This document shows positions 32,119 to 42,168 of a DNA stretch of 64,000 nucleotides, in pieces. Below the pieces are notes generated by a model, which saw only the letters and a program-made list of their open reading frames with translations, did no database searches and was not told the origin of the DNA. Source of the stretch: Candidatus Methanophagales archaeon ANME-1-THS (GTDB lineage Archaea; Halobacteriota; Syntropharchaeia; Alkanophagales; Methanospirareceae); the NCBI GenBank assembly GCA_004212135.1, contig RXIE01000127.1:1565-65564 (forward strand), written 5' to 3'. The translations under genes and the position numbers were made by a program. Each line of letters begins with the position of its first letter. Position 1 is the stretch's first letter.

Positions 32119-32271
32119 ATGGCGAGATTTCCAGAAGCTGAGGCGAGACTCCTCCGGATGAAGATCTGCATGAATTGTAATGCACGAAATGCAGTGAGAG
32201 CGACGAGATGCAGGAAATGCAACTCGAAAGACCTGAGGATGAAATCCACGCATAGAGGTAAAAAGGCGTAA
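32119..32271 (+). CDS. rpl40e: 50S ribosomal protein L40e (not in the ORF track, <60 aa)
   Basis: [50 protein letters not shown]. Confidence 0.96.
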   Translation: MARFPEAEARLLRMKICMNCNARNAVRATRCRKCNSKDLRMKSTHRGKKA

Positions 32272-32442
32272 AAAGACGGGCTTGGGCTGAATAAGAGCTG
32301 ATTTATAAAATTTGTTACGATCCTCCGAGCGTGGATGACCTCTGGTAAGGATCTTCATGAGTCTCACCTGGAGCACAGATCAAGAGATGATTGAAGGAGC
32401 GGAGATGACCTGTACCTTTACATGAAACGGGATATGCGAGCT

Positions 32443-33207
32443 ATGAAGAAGGGTAGAGTAATCGCGGTAGCGGGAAAAGGCGGAACGGGGAAGACTGCGA
32501 TCGCCGCACTCCTGATACGGGAACTCCTGCGATCCCGGGCACAGGAAGAAATCTGCGTGCTCGCGGTGGATGCCGATCCGGATTCCAACCTGCCTGAGGC
32601 GCTCGGTATATCCTATGCAAAAACAGTGGGTGATATCCGAGAAGCTCTGCTGGAAGAGAAGCAGCGAGATGCAGCACTGGATATTTGGTCGCAGTTTGAG
32701 GGTAAAATTGCTGAGATTATCGTGGAAGAGGAGCACTACGACCTGCTGGTCATGGGTCGACCTGAGGGACCGGGCTGTTATTGTCCCGTCAATCATATCA
32801 TCCGCATGCTGATTGATACCCTAACGAAGAACTACGATTACACGGTCATCGATTGCGAGGCAGGGCTGGAGCATCTCAGCAGGAGAACAACGCGGGATGT
32901 GGATCTCATGCTCGTGGTACTGGATATGACTTTGAAGAGCCTGAAAACCGCGTTAAGGCTGAAACAGATCGCGGAAGAGCTCCATGTGGATGTGACGAAG
33001 CTGCTAACCATAGCGAATAAAATACCTCCCGGTGCTGAGACGATGCTCCGAGCAGAAGCGAGTCAATACGGCCTCGAGATAGAAGAGGTAATACCTTTTG
33101 ATGCCGTAATCCAGGACTATGACTTCAAAGGGATACCACTGGTCAAATTACCCGATGATGCACCCTCGGTTATCGCGGTGCGGAGAATAGCGGAGCGCAT
33201 AAAATAA
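32443..33207 (+). CDS. cooC: CooC-family nickel-insertion ATPase (second copy), heading the hyp operon
   Basis: GKGGTGKT, DADPDSNL, GPGCYC and DCEAGLEHLSRRTT motifs. Confidence 0.88.
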   Translation: MKKGRVIAVAGKGGTGKTAIAALLIRELLRSRAQEEICVLAVDADPDSNLPEALGISYAKTVGDIREALLEEKQRDAALDIWSQFEGKIAEIIVEEEHYDLLVMGRPEGPGCYCPVNHIIRMLIDTLTKNYDYTVIDCEAGLEHLSRRTTRDVDLMLVVLDMTLKSLKTALRLKQIAEELHVDVTKLLTIANKIPPGAETMLRAEASQYGLEIEEVIPFDAVIQDYDFKGIPLVKLPDDAPSVIAVRRIAERIK

Positions 33208-33249
33208 GGTAAGGTAACTTATGGGTTACCCGTCTGGTGAAGAAAACAG

Positions 33250-35481
33250 ATGAAGATTGTTATTAAAGGAACGGTACAGGGTGTCGGGTTTCGACCGACG
33301 GTATACCGTGTGGCAACAGCTCTGGGCTTGAAGGGCTATGTACTCAACAAAGGCTCGAACGTGGAGATCGGTATCCAGGAGCAGGGAAAGAAGGACGAAT
33401 TCCTGAATCGGTTAATGAAGAACCTGCCTCCACTTGCCGCGCTCAATGAAATAGAGGTGAACGACGATCCTGTCAGTGGCTATCAGGACTTTGAGATACT
33501 CATGAGCTCAGAGGGAGAAAAGACCTCAGTTACGCCTGTGGATACCGCGATCTGCGATGCATGTGTGAAGGAAGTGCTGGATGTGGATAATCGTCGGTAT
33601 CTCTATCCGTTTATTAATTGCACCTCCTGCGGTGCGCGGTTCTCAGTCATACTGAATGTCCCGTACGATCGGGCGAATACCTCAATGCGTGACTTCACGA
33701 TGTGCGAGCACTGCCGCGCGGAATACAAGAACCCACAGGACCGGCGATTTCATGCGCAGACGATCTCATGCCCACAGTGCGGTCCGAAATACACGCTGCA
33801 TGGCCGAAATGGGGAAGTGCTGGACGAGCGAAATCCAATAGAGGCCTTCGCAAAGCTCGTTGACGAGGGCGCGCTCGCCATCGCGAAGGGCTGGGGAGGC
33901 ATGCACCTCATCTGCACCTTTGATCAGGCAAGCCGATTGAGAAAGCTCTACGGACGGCCTGCAAAACCATTCGCCGTGATGTTCCGGGACTTGAATGCCA
34001 TTGAGAACTACCTCGAGTTCGATGCGCATGAAGAAAACTTGCTGACCTCAGCACACCGGCCGATTGTGCTTTTGGATAAGCGTTCCTCTCCGGATGACCT
34101 CTCCGCTATCGCGCCGGGATTAGGCACGATTGGTGCTTATTTACCCTATTCAGGGCTCCATTACGTGCTGTTCCATTATCTGAGTTCAGAGGGGATTATA
34201 ATGACCTCGGCTAATATCTCGGGCGAGCCGATGGCGATCAGAAACGAGGATGCATTCAGGTTGAGCGCGGATTATTTCCTCGTACATAACCGGCGGATCG
34301 TGAACCGGGTTGACGATTCCGTCATTCGGTGCTACGGGGACAAAAACTTCTTCCTCCGGAGATCGAGGGGGTTTGTTCCCACTTCGTTCAAAGTCAGGTA
34401 CCCGCAGAGGATTTTATCACTGGGTGCGGGCGAAAATGTCACCTCGAGTATCTCAAAGGGGGGGAATCTATATACCAGTCAATATATCGGGAATACCTAT
34501 CATTATCCAACAGTCGAATACCTGGCTTCGGGCACGGAGCAACTGCTGAGGCTTTTGGGGTTGAGCATGGCCGACTTTGATGCCATCGGGGTAGACCTGC
34601 ATCCACGCTATCCAACGAGGCGGTATGGTAAACAGCTCTCAGAAGAATGGTCCATCGAATTAGTTGAGGTGCAGCACCATTGGGCACATGCAGCGTCGTT
34701 ACTGCTCGATCGGGCGGTCGATGAGATTGTTGCGTTAACCCTCGATGGGACGGGATATGGTGTGGATGGAACGGCATGGGGTGGCGAGATCCTGCATGCG
34801 AATTACAAAGCCTTTGACCGTGTGGGATCGCTGGAAGAGATACCGCTCGTGGGTGGTGAAATGGCGATAAAAGACCCCAGAAGGTTACTCTTTGCGATTT
34901 TTTCGCGTCTCGGAAGGGATACGCATACCGCCCAGTTCGTGGATGAACAGGAAGCGAGGGTATTAGAGAAGCTGGTGAAGAAAGCGCCGAGGACCAGTAG
35001 CTTCGGCAGGGTGCTCGATGCACTCTCCTGCTACCTCGGCGTCGCTCAGCGGATGACTTATGATGGTGAACCCGCAATGAAGCTCGAACGATATTTAGCT
35101 AAGGGAGAGCGAACGTATGAATTCGAGACGACGGTGAAACGCGCTGATCGCGAAATCGTGCTGACGCTGCCGCTCTTTGATCAACTTGCTGAATATCAGC
35201 TTCACACGGAAAAGGAGAGGGCGGACATTGCATATTCCTTTGTGTACGCGTTGGTCAAGGAGATGGTCGAGATTGCAGCGGACGCGTGCAGTGCCACGGG
35301 CATCACCGCTATCGGGATCACCGGCGGAGTATCCTATGATGTCCCGATTGTCAGACTGGCAGAAGCGATGGTGAAGGAGAAAGGATTAAGGTTTTTAACC
35401 CATGATAAGATACCGAATGGTGATGGTGGTATCTCACTAGGGCAAAATGCGATTGTGGGGCATTTAAAAGAACGAGTCTAA
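33250..35481 (+). CDS. hypF: Carbamoyltransferase HypF
   Basis: VQGVGFRP, zinc fingers, HHWAH, DGTGYG and GDGGISLGQ motifs. Confidence 0.97.
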   Translation: MKIVIKGTVQGVGFRPTVYRVATALGLKGYVLNKGSNVEIGIQEQGKKDEFLNRLMKNLPPLAALNEIEVNDDPVSGYQDFEILMSSEGEKTSVTPVDTAICDACVKEVLDVDNRRYLYPFINCTSCGARFSVILNVPYDRANTSMRDFTMCEHCRAEYKNPQDRRFHAQTISCPQCGPKYTLHGRNGEVLDERNPIEAFAKLVDEGALAIAKGWGGMHLICTFDQASRLRKLYGRPAKPFAVMFRDLNAIENYLEFDAHEENLLTSAHRPIVLLDKRSSPDDLSAIAPGLGTIGAYLPYSGLHYVLFHYLSSEGIIMTSANISGEPMAIRNEDAFRLSADYFLVHNRRIVNRVDDSVIRCYGDKNFFLRRSRGFVPTSFKVRYPQRILSLGAGENVTSSISKGGNLYTSQYIGNTYHYPTVEYLASGTEQLLRLLGLSMADFDAIGVDLHPRYPTRRYGKQLSEEWSIELVEVQHHWAHAASLLLDRAVDEIVALTLDGTGYGVDGTAWGGEILHANYKAFDRVGSLEEIPLVGGEMAIKDPRRLLFAIFSRLGRDTHTAQFVDEQEARVLEKLVKKAPRTSSFGRVLDALSCYLGVAQRMTYDGEPAMKLERYLAKGERTYEFETTVKRADREIVLTLPLFDQLAEYQLHTEKERADIAYSFVYALVKEMVEIAADACSATGITAIGITGGVSYDVPIVRLAEAMVKEKGLRFLTHDKIPNGDGGISLGQNAIVGHLKERV

Positions 35482-35498
35482 AAGAAAAGTGAGTTACG

Positions 35499-35741
35499 AT
35501 GTGTTTGGGCATACCAGCGAAAGTGGTGGAGATTAACCACGAGGGACGAAAGGGAAAGGCGGATTTCGGGGGTGTATCGCGTGAGGTCGATCTCTCATTG
35601 GTCGATGTGAAGGTGGGCGACTATGTGATTATTCATGCGGGTTTTGCAATCGAGCTACTGGACGAGGAGGAGGCGAAGGAGTCGCTCGCGTTGTGGCAGG
35701 AGCTGCTGGAACGATGTTCAGATACCGGGACGAGGGATTAG
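35499..35741 (+). CDS. hypC: Hydrogenase chaperone HypC
   Basis: MCLGIP...GDYVIIHAGFAI. Confidence 0.97.
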   Translation: MCLGIPAKVVEINHEGRKGKADFGGVSREVDLSLVDVKVGDYVIIHAGFAIELLDEEEAKESLALWQELLERCSDTGTRD

Positions 35742-36799
35742 CACAACGGATAATCGAGAGATTAAAAGGCCTGAAGCTCGATTTACGGCTGATGCATGTC
35801 TGCGGCACCCATCAGGATACCCTGGTCAAGTTCGGGTTGGGACCGTTGCTACAGGCGGCCGGGATTGAGGTCCGCGCAGGCCCTGGATGCCCGGTTTGCG
35901 TGACGACGGCACGAGAGATCGAGGAAGCGATGCTTTTAGCACGCATGGGGAAAGTGGTTGCGACCTTTGGTGACATGTTCAGAGTTCCGGGTGAGAACCA
36001 ATCGTTAGCGGACGTGAAGGCCGAGGGTTTTGATGTTCGGATGGTCTACAGCATCACTGACTGTGTTGCTCTTGCGGAAAAAACAGCCAGGGATGTGGTC
36101 TTCTTTTCTATCGGGTTTGAAACTACCGCCCCTACGCCGGCATCAGTCATCTTGCATACCCCACCGGAGAATTTCTCGATCCTCTCGGCGCATCGGCTCA
36201 TACCGCCCGCGATGGAAGCATTGATCCAAATGGGGGAGCTGCGCATCGACGGGTTCATCAATCCCGGGCATGTATCCGCGATCATAGGCGCAAATGCGTA
36301 TGAATTTATATCCACGCGCTATCAGATCCCGCAGGTTATTGCGGGCTTTGAACCGCTCGATCTGCTCGTTGCGGTCTATATGCTCGCGATACAGGCATGC
36401 AAGGGTGAAGCGAAGGTGGAGAATGAATATGCACGCGTGGTGAAACCCGAGGGAAATGAGAAGGCGAAGCGGATCATGGAATCGGTCTTCGAGCCCTTCG
36501 ATCTCGGCTGGCGAGGTTTTCCTGTCATAACTGGCAGTGGACTGAGATTGAAAGAGGAGTTCGCGGCATATGATGCGAGGAAACGATACGAAGATGAATT
36601 GAGCGAGCTGAGCACCGAGTATCAAGAGCCAGAAGGGTGCAAGTGTGGCGAGATCCTGCGAGGGCTGGTGTATCCCGAGGACTGTCCGCTCTTTGGTACC
36701 GTTTGCACGCCCCAGCATCCTGTTGGACCCTGTATGGTCTCCATGGAAGGCTGCTGCAATATACTCTTCAAATATGGAAAATCCAGAATTGGGATTTGA
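35714..36799 (+). CDS. hypD: Hydrogenase maturation protein HypD
   Basis: CGTH, GPGCPVC, GFETT and GPCMVSMEGCC motifs. Confidence 0.97.
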   Translation: MFRYRDEGLAQRIIERLKGLKLDLRLMHVCGTHQDTLVKFGLGPLLQAAGIEVRAGPGCPVCVTTAREIEEAMLLARMGKVVATFGDMFRVPGENQSLADVKAEGFDVRMVYSITDCVALAEKTARDVVFFSIGFETTAPTPASVILHTPPENFSILSAHRLIPPAMEALIQMGELRIDGFINPGHVSAIIGANAYEFISTRYQIPQVIAGFEPLDLLVAVYMLAIQACKGEAKVENEYARVVKPEGNEKAKRIMESVFEPFDLGWRGFPVITGSGLRLKEEFAAYDARKRYEDELSELSTEYQEPEGCKCGEILRGLVYPEDCPLFGTVCTPQHPVGPCMVSMEGCCNILFKYGKSRIGI

Positions 36800-36819
36800 T
36801 GAACTGAGCAGGTACGTAA

Positions 36820-37311
36820 ATGTCTAAAATTCTCGTCGCGGGTATTGGAAATAAGTATTATGGGGACGACAGCTTCGGTCCACGGGTTATCGAGGCGTTG
36901 ATCGCGAGGAACCTACCTGAGGACGTGGAAGCAAGGGATGTTGGTCTCTGTGGTTCCACACTGGCACCTGACCTTGGTGACTATGAGCTTGTGATCTTTG
37001 TTGATGCGGTTATGAAAGGCGGGAAGCCTGGAACTATCTATCGAACGGAAATAAAAGCAGATCAGGTGAAGGAACTGAGACCTGAAGACGTGGTGCAGTC
37101 CTTCACCTTCAGTATCCATGAGACCGGGCTCGAACAACTTCTCTCCTTCGCTAAGAAGATTGGGACTCTTCCTCCTACTACCATTGTCTTCGGCTGCGAG
37201 ATCCACGAGATCACACTGGGTGAGACACTGAGCCGAGCGGTTGAGGCTGCGGTGCGTAGTACCGTCGAACTAATTTTTACTGAGCTCCAGCGGTACCGCG
37301 AACGGAAGTAG
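36820..37311 (+). CDS. Hydrogenase maturation endopeptidase (HyaD/HycI family)
   Basis: GIGN..YGDDSFG, VDAV and SIHE motifs. Confidence 0.92.
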   Translation: MSKILVAGIGNKYYGDDSFGPRVIEALIARNLPEDVEARDVGLCGSTLAPDLGDYELVIFVDAVMKGGKPGTIYRTEIKADQVKELRPEDVVQSFTFSIHETGLEQLLSFAKKIGTLPPTTIVFGCEIHEITLGETLSRAVEAAVRSTVELIFTELQRYRERK

Positions 37312-39093
37312 CTCGTGCTTCACGACCCGAGAGCCCATATGCACGTGGATTGCACACCCCAAACACGGATCGAAGCTCCTTATGGTTCTCACGATGTCAA
37401 TGCCCTTCCACGCCGCAGGGTCGCCCGCTTCGGTGATGGGCGAGTGGATGAGTGCTTCTTCGTACGGTCCCGGGTGTTCCTCAGGATCCCTACCCGAGGC
37501 GTTCCACGTTGAGGGTGCGTGGTACTGATAATTATGGATGACTCCGTTCTTCATGACGCACCAGTGCAGGCACGAGCCCCGCATAGCTTCGACCGCACCA
37601 AACCCGATTCCTTCTTCAGGCTTCACGTACGGAGTCCAGACCGCTGTTTTCCCCGCTTTCATGAGTTCCAGAGCCTTCATTACCAGTTTCGAGACGCAAT
37701 AAGCGGTGTAGGCATGATAATATGCCCTCGCTCTCACTCGTTCGACCGTATTTGGCTTCTTTGGAATCTTCCATTCGAAGTCCATCTTCTCCGCGTACTT
37801 GAAACCGGGTATAACAGCCGCAGGAAGCCCAAATTTGAGGCTCGATCCGGTAGACTCAGGCACCAGTCCTGCTTTCGCCGTCACCCACATTCGTGCAAGC
37901 GGCCCCAATTCAACCACATGGTTCGCGCCGTCGCCCTTCCAGTGCCACCATCTCGGTGAGGTAACCCACGTGTATTTAGAATTCCACTTTCCAGCCTCTC
38001 CAGGTTCCGGGATCGTGCGCTTGTTCCACGGATGCTCTAACGCGATTTTATTACCTGCGGGATCAGTCGCGATTTCTTGCTCCCAATTACTCGAATACCA
38101 CCCTCTCCCAACGAACTCTCGAACGCCCGCATTTATCTCAACGAGATCAGTCGTGACGAGATTACCATTCAAAATAACCCCGGGGGAGACCATTCGCTTT
38201 CGGCCCCAATCGGTCATCTCACTATACACCGCAGAATATGCCTCAGGATCGTTATAGCCACCAACAGCGAAGAGGTTTAGCGGTCTCGCACCGACATCCT
38301 CATATCCCTGTGCGAGCACGAAATCGAGCAGATCGTCTGTTGCGCTGACCAGTTCCTTGGTAAAGGCAATGTGCCGCATGAGAAGCGTGAGATACGATGC
38401 GATATCAGACATCGATAGGTTGATCTTTGCAATGCCACCAGGAATAAAGGAGTGAACGTGGGGATGCTTTGCACCGAAGATCGCAGCCATATCATGTCCT
38501 GCTTTCTGAACCAGAAGTGACCGGAGATAGAGCTCGCCCGCCAATGGGTTGAGTGCGGTCATGATATCAGCTATCGTTGCAAAGCCATGGACAGCACTCC
38601 TCTCTGCTTTCGTCTTCTGCGCCTCCGTCCACCAGGCAGGGTTGAACTTCTTCACGGCAATCTCGCTGTAGTCCGGTCCTTCAAGGTTGAGCACACCGAC
38701 CTCAGCATCATACAACTGCTCTGCACCGTGGATGAAATCTCTCAGCACAACACCCATGGGGGGCGGTGATACTCCATATACCTGGTCGCACGCGGTTATG
38801 GATGAAAAGCCATGCGGCACGGGACAAACACCGCAGGCTCGCTGCGTAATCATCGCCGCTTCGGATGGCTCTCTTCCCAGAAGGATAATCTCAAAACCAC
38901 GGAACATTGGACTATACGCGTACGCATCGCTGATCCTCCTTGCACCGATATCGAGCTTCGCATGAACACCCAAATGCCCCTCAATCCTCGTTACGGGCTC
39001 TATAGATATCTCTCTCTCGCCTCCTTTCGCTTCGGGCGCAGGTGCTGCCTCCGCCTCTTTTTTGCCGAGTATCTTCTCCAACAGTTTCGTCAT
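37270..39093 (-). CDS. [NiFe]-hydrogenase large subunit (group 1, 1h-like)
   Basis: EPVTRIEGH; L1 QRACGVCPVPH; L2 RSFDPCLGCAIH plus a cleavable C-terminal extension. Confidence 0.95.
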   Translation of the reverse strand: MTKLLEKILGKKEAEAAPAPEAKGGEREISIEPVTRIEGHLGVHAKLDIGARRISDAYAYSPMFRGFEIILLGREPSEAAMITQRACGVCPVPHGFSSITACDQVYGVSPPPMGVVLRDFIHGAEQLYDAEVGVLNLEGPDYSEIAVKKFNPAWWTEAQKTKAERSAVHGFATIADIMTALNPLAGELYLRSLLVQKAGHDMAAIFGAKHPHVHSFIPGGIAKINLSMSDIASYLTLLMRHIAFTKELVSATDDLLDFVLAQGYEDVGARPLNLFAVGGYNDPEAYSAVYSEMTDWGRKRMVSPGVILNGNLVTTDLVEINAGVREFVGRGWYSSNWEQEIATDPAGNKIALEHPWNKRTIPEPGEAGKWNSKYTWVTSPRWWHWKGDGANHVVELGPLARMWVTAKAGLVPESTGSSLKFGLPAAVIPGFKYAEKMDFEWKIPKKPNTVERVRARAYYHAYTAYCVSKLVMKALELMKAGKTAVWTPYVKPEEGIGFGAVEAMRGSCLHWCVMKNGVIHNYQYHAPSTWNASGRDPEEHPGPYEEALIHSPITEAGDPAAWKGIDIVRTIRSFDPCLGCAIHVHMGSRVVKHELLPFAVPLELSKN

Positions 39094-39094
39094 C

Positions 39095-40210
39095 TTATAT
39101 CTTCCTCCCCTTTCGTTCCCCCTCTTTCATCGGTTGCTCAAATTCCGCAAGGAGCTTAGAGACCACCGGTTGCCATTCATCTTGGTGCTCTTTGAGATAA
39201 TTGTCTAAACCCTCGATAAGAGCCCCTAAACCCTCGAGTAAATCAGGTACCAACGGCGGTATCAAGTTTATTATAGGCTTAACTCGTGTGTATCCCATCA
39301 AAGCATGAGCCAATGTGCCCTTGATATTCTCAATAATAAATGGCTCAACGGGTGGCTTAGCGAAGAATGGAGAGGTTGGCGGGTCTGGGAAGTCCGGATG
39401 GGTGCAGCCGAAACAGGGGACACCTGTTGCGGTACAGCCACCGTATCCATCAGCCCACGATCTATTATTGCAGTTTGAAACAATACCCTTGCAGCCTACC
39501 GCACCGAGACAGCCAGTTTCACCGAAACTATGGGCGTCGACACCCGCAGCGTAGAACCCACAGATCGGGCAGAGTTCATGCATCGTGTAACCGAAGAGTT
39601 CAACAGGTCGATGCCATTCATCCAGCTCTGGAAGAGGCGCTAATCCCCGTGCTGCAAGAACCGCTTGACCCAGCACCTGAACGATGTTATCAGGTCTGGG
39701 CGGGCAGCCAGGGATGCAGATAACCGGAAGCCCTAAGGCTCCTTTCCAGTCTTTTCCTAAGTACTCCAAAAGTCCCTTTGCACCGGTCGGATTAGGCGTA
39801 CCCGCGGGGATACCACCGTACGCGGCACAGGTACCGATCGCCACAGCAGCCGCACACCGCTTTGCGAGACTGTCAATCACATGGGTCAGTGTAAGCAGTT
39901 TCCCGTCATGCTCGCCAATCGCACAGAAAACCCCTGGTGATGCCTTCGTCTCGTCAGGAATAGATCCTTCAAGAATCAAAACAAAAGGATCATACTTCCC
40001 TTCCATAGCATCAACGAGAACCCGCGATGCATCCTCGCCCCATTCGAACATCAAGGTTGGATGGAATACGAGTTTTAGTCCACCAAGCCCTGGAACAGCT
40101 CCGGTAACCACATCTATAAGCGTTGGGTTGCTTGCCTGCTTGATCGAGATGGTATCGCCAGCACAGTCCTGCCCTTCAAGCCATATCAAGTTTATTTTCT
40201 CAAGGCTCAT
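39095..40210 (-). CDS. [NiFe]-hydrogenase small subunit
   Basis: DCAGDTIS, GTCAAYGGIP, IPGCPP, HELC, GCKG and PCFGCTHPDFPD; no Tat signal. Confidence 0.94.
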   Translation of the reverse strand: MSLEKINLIWLEGQDCAGDTISIKQASNPTLIDVVTGAVPGLGGLKLVFHPTLMFEWGEDASRVLVDAMEGKYDPFVLILEGSIPDETKASPGVFCAIGEHDGKLLTLTHVIDSLAKRCAAAVAIGTCAAYGGIPAGTPNPTGAKGLLEYLGKDWKGALGLPVICIPGCPPRPDNIVQVLGQAVLAARGLAPLPELDEWHRPVELFGYTMHELCPICGFYAAGVDAHSFGETGCLGAVGCKGIVSNCNNRSWADGYGGCTATGVPCFGCTHPDFPDPPTSPFFAKPPVEPFIIENIKGTLAHALMGYTRVKPIINLIPPLVPDLLEGLGALIEGLDNYLKEHQDEWQPVVSKLLAEFEQPMKEGERKGRKI

Positions 40211-40522
40211 CCTATTTTAACCTCCTACCAGATATACCGGGTAGATATATCTACATCTATGTGACCTGAGAGTCACGTAATCATCTTGGCATGAAGTCTC
40301 ATAAAAACTTTTCTATTTTGTTAAAGACAGAAAGAGTGATGGTATCAACAACTTTCATGCAATACATATACAATTAAATATGCATATTGCCCGGTACCTC
40401 GAACATAAGAAATCTTACCGGCATGTCTCCATTCATTATTTAGATGCGTTCTACTTAAAGTGCTGGCGCCAATATGATACTGGTATATTAGCAGAGGGGG
40501 TAGACAGAGGGGTGGAACCACC

Positions 40523-40936
40523 GTGCACGAATGGGCATTGGCGGAAGCGGTGATCGCATCCGCACTTGAGGAATCGAGAAAGGGAGGGCTGGGGGAGGTT
40601 ACTGAAATAACACTCAGGATAGGTGAATTACAGCACCTGGAGCTCGAAATCTTCAAATTTGCACTGGACGAACTTGCCAAAAGCTACGCTGGGAGCCCGT
40701 CGCTGCAGAGCTTGAAGATCAAAATAGAACCGGAACAAGCGATCTTTAAATGCCGGGTGTGTGGCGCGGAATGGGATTTTGGCGATCCAGGGCTAGACCA
40801 GAAGGAGTACGAGGCAGTTCATTTCGCGCCTGAGGTCGCCCATGCGTATATCAGATGTCCTTCCTGTAAGAGCCCGGACTTTGAGGTGATCCAGGGGCGC
40901 GGCGTTTTGATCCATTCGATAAAAGGGAAACAGTAA
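40523..40936 (+). CDS. hypA: Hydrogenase nickel chaperone HypA
   Basis: MHEWALAEA, CRVC...CPSC and GRGV motifs. Confidence 0.96.
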   Translation: MHEWALAEAVIASALEESRKGGLGEVTEITLRIGELQHLELEIFKFALDELAKSYAGSPSLQSLKIKIEPEQAIFKCRVCGAEWDFGDPGLDQKEYEAVHFAPEVAHAYIRCPSCKSPDFEVIQGRGVLIHSIKGKQ

Positions 40937-40942
40937 CTCAAG

Positions 40943-41695
40943 ATGATGCTCGATCCGCGTTTAAGCATTATTGATACGCGATTGGCGGGAATAAAGCGAC
41001 TGATCGCGGTATCTGGCGGTAAAGGTGGTATTGGCAAGAGTGTAATCGCCTCGATGCTCGCAGTAACCCTGTCGCGATTGGGTTACCGGGTCGGGCTGCT
41101 CGATCTAGATCTCTCTGCACCCTCGACGCACGTGATACTGGGCGTAGCAGATGGGTATCCGAAGGAGGAGAAGGGAATTGTTCCACCTGAGGTTCATGGC
41201 ATCGCCTATATGAGCATCGTGTACTTCACCGGCGACGAGCCCACTCCCCTCCGCGGTACTGATATCTCAAATGCGCTGCTCGAATTGCTCGCAATTACCC
41301 AATGGGGTTCGCTTGACTTCCTGATTGTCGATATGCCACCGGGGATTGGAGATATAGCAATGGATGTGATCCGGTGGTTGAAGAAGGCTGAATTTCTCGT
41401 CGTGACCACCGCTTCACGAGTAGCCCTGGAAACGGTGAAGAAGGTACTAAAAATGCTCAGAGAGTTGCATAGGCCTATTATCGGCGTTATCGAGAATATG
41501 AAGCTGCGCGAGTCCCCAGTGGTGAACGAGGCGCTCAACGAATTCGAGGTGCCTCTGCTCGGCGCGATAACCTTTGATAAGACCCTTGAGGATTCAATCG
41601 GGGATGTGGACCGGTTATTAAGAAGCGAGGTTGCCGCACGGCTACACGAGATTGTGCTGAACACCTCGGGGTTCAAGCTGGAGCACGGCAGGTAA
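40943..41695 (+). CDS. Mrp/NBP35-family ATPase (probable ATPase-type HypB)
   Basis: GGKGGIGKS, DMPPG and GVIENM; directly follows hypA as in Thermococcales. Confidence 0.85.
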   Translation: MMLDPRLSIIDTRLAGIKRLIAVSGGKGGIGKSVIASMLAVTLSRLGYRVGLLDLDLSAPSTHVILGVADGYPKEEKGIVPPEVHGIAYMSIVYFTGDEPTPLRGTDISNALLELLAITQWGSLDFLIVDMPPGIGDIAMDVIRWLKKAEFLVVTTASRVALETVKKVLKMLRELHRPIIGVIENMKLRESPVVNEALNEFEVPLLGAITFDKTLEDSIGDVDRLLRSEVAARLHEIVLNTSGFKLEHGR

Positions 41696-41703
41696 TGAAT
41701 GGT

Positions 41704-42168
41704 TCAGTTCATCCTCCGATTTATAGCCAGTTCCAGAGCTTTTATTCTCTCACTCTCGCCTTTCAAATCCTTTATCAACATCTCAAATTTTCTAAGGTCT
41801 AGGTTAATCACTTTATGTAACTCTTCGCTATCATCTGGTAAGTTATACCGGCTTATATCCAAATCTGCCTCCTTTGTAGCCTTCAATACCTACTCCTCCA
41901 ATCTTGGGCACAGGATAATTAAATCGTTGTTCTTGGCATTATCGTTCAATATCTTTAGTTCACAATCAGATAGATTTTCCTTCGTCTGCAACTTTTTCAA
42001 ATAAGGAGGCTGGACACTGAAAGGGTCTTCATCTATCAATCCGGTGCAATTTTCTCGTTTTGCCAATTGTTTACAAACTTCAGGTTTTCCTCCCAGATGG
42101 ATAACCTGTTTCTTTGGTAATCCTAACGTTTTTACTAACACAGAATCTGGTTTGCACTCGGTATAAAT
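41704..42168 (-). pseudogene. TOPRIM-like partner of the AAA ATPase, disrupted
   Basis: Reads IYTECKPDSVLVKTL...GLIDEDP...PRLEE*VLKATKE...: lacks a start codon and has an in-frame TAG at 41890-41892. Confidence 0.65.

Noticed and set aside
10387-33207. Two cooC copies as a recent duplication
   Set aside because: They share only family motifs and are otherwise divergent; multiple CooC/AcsF paralogs are normal in Wood-Ljungdahl archaea.
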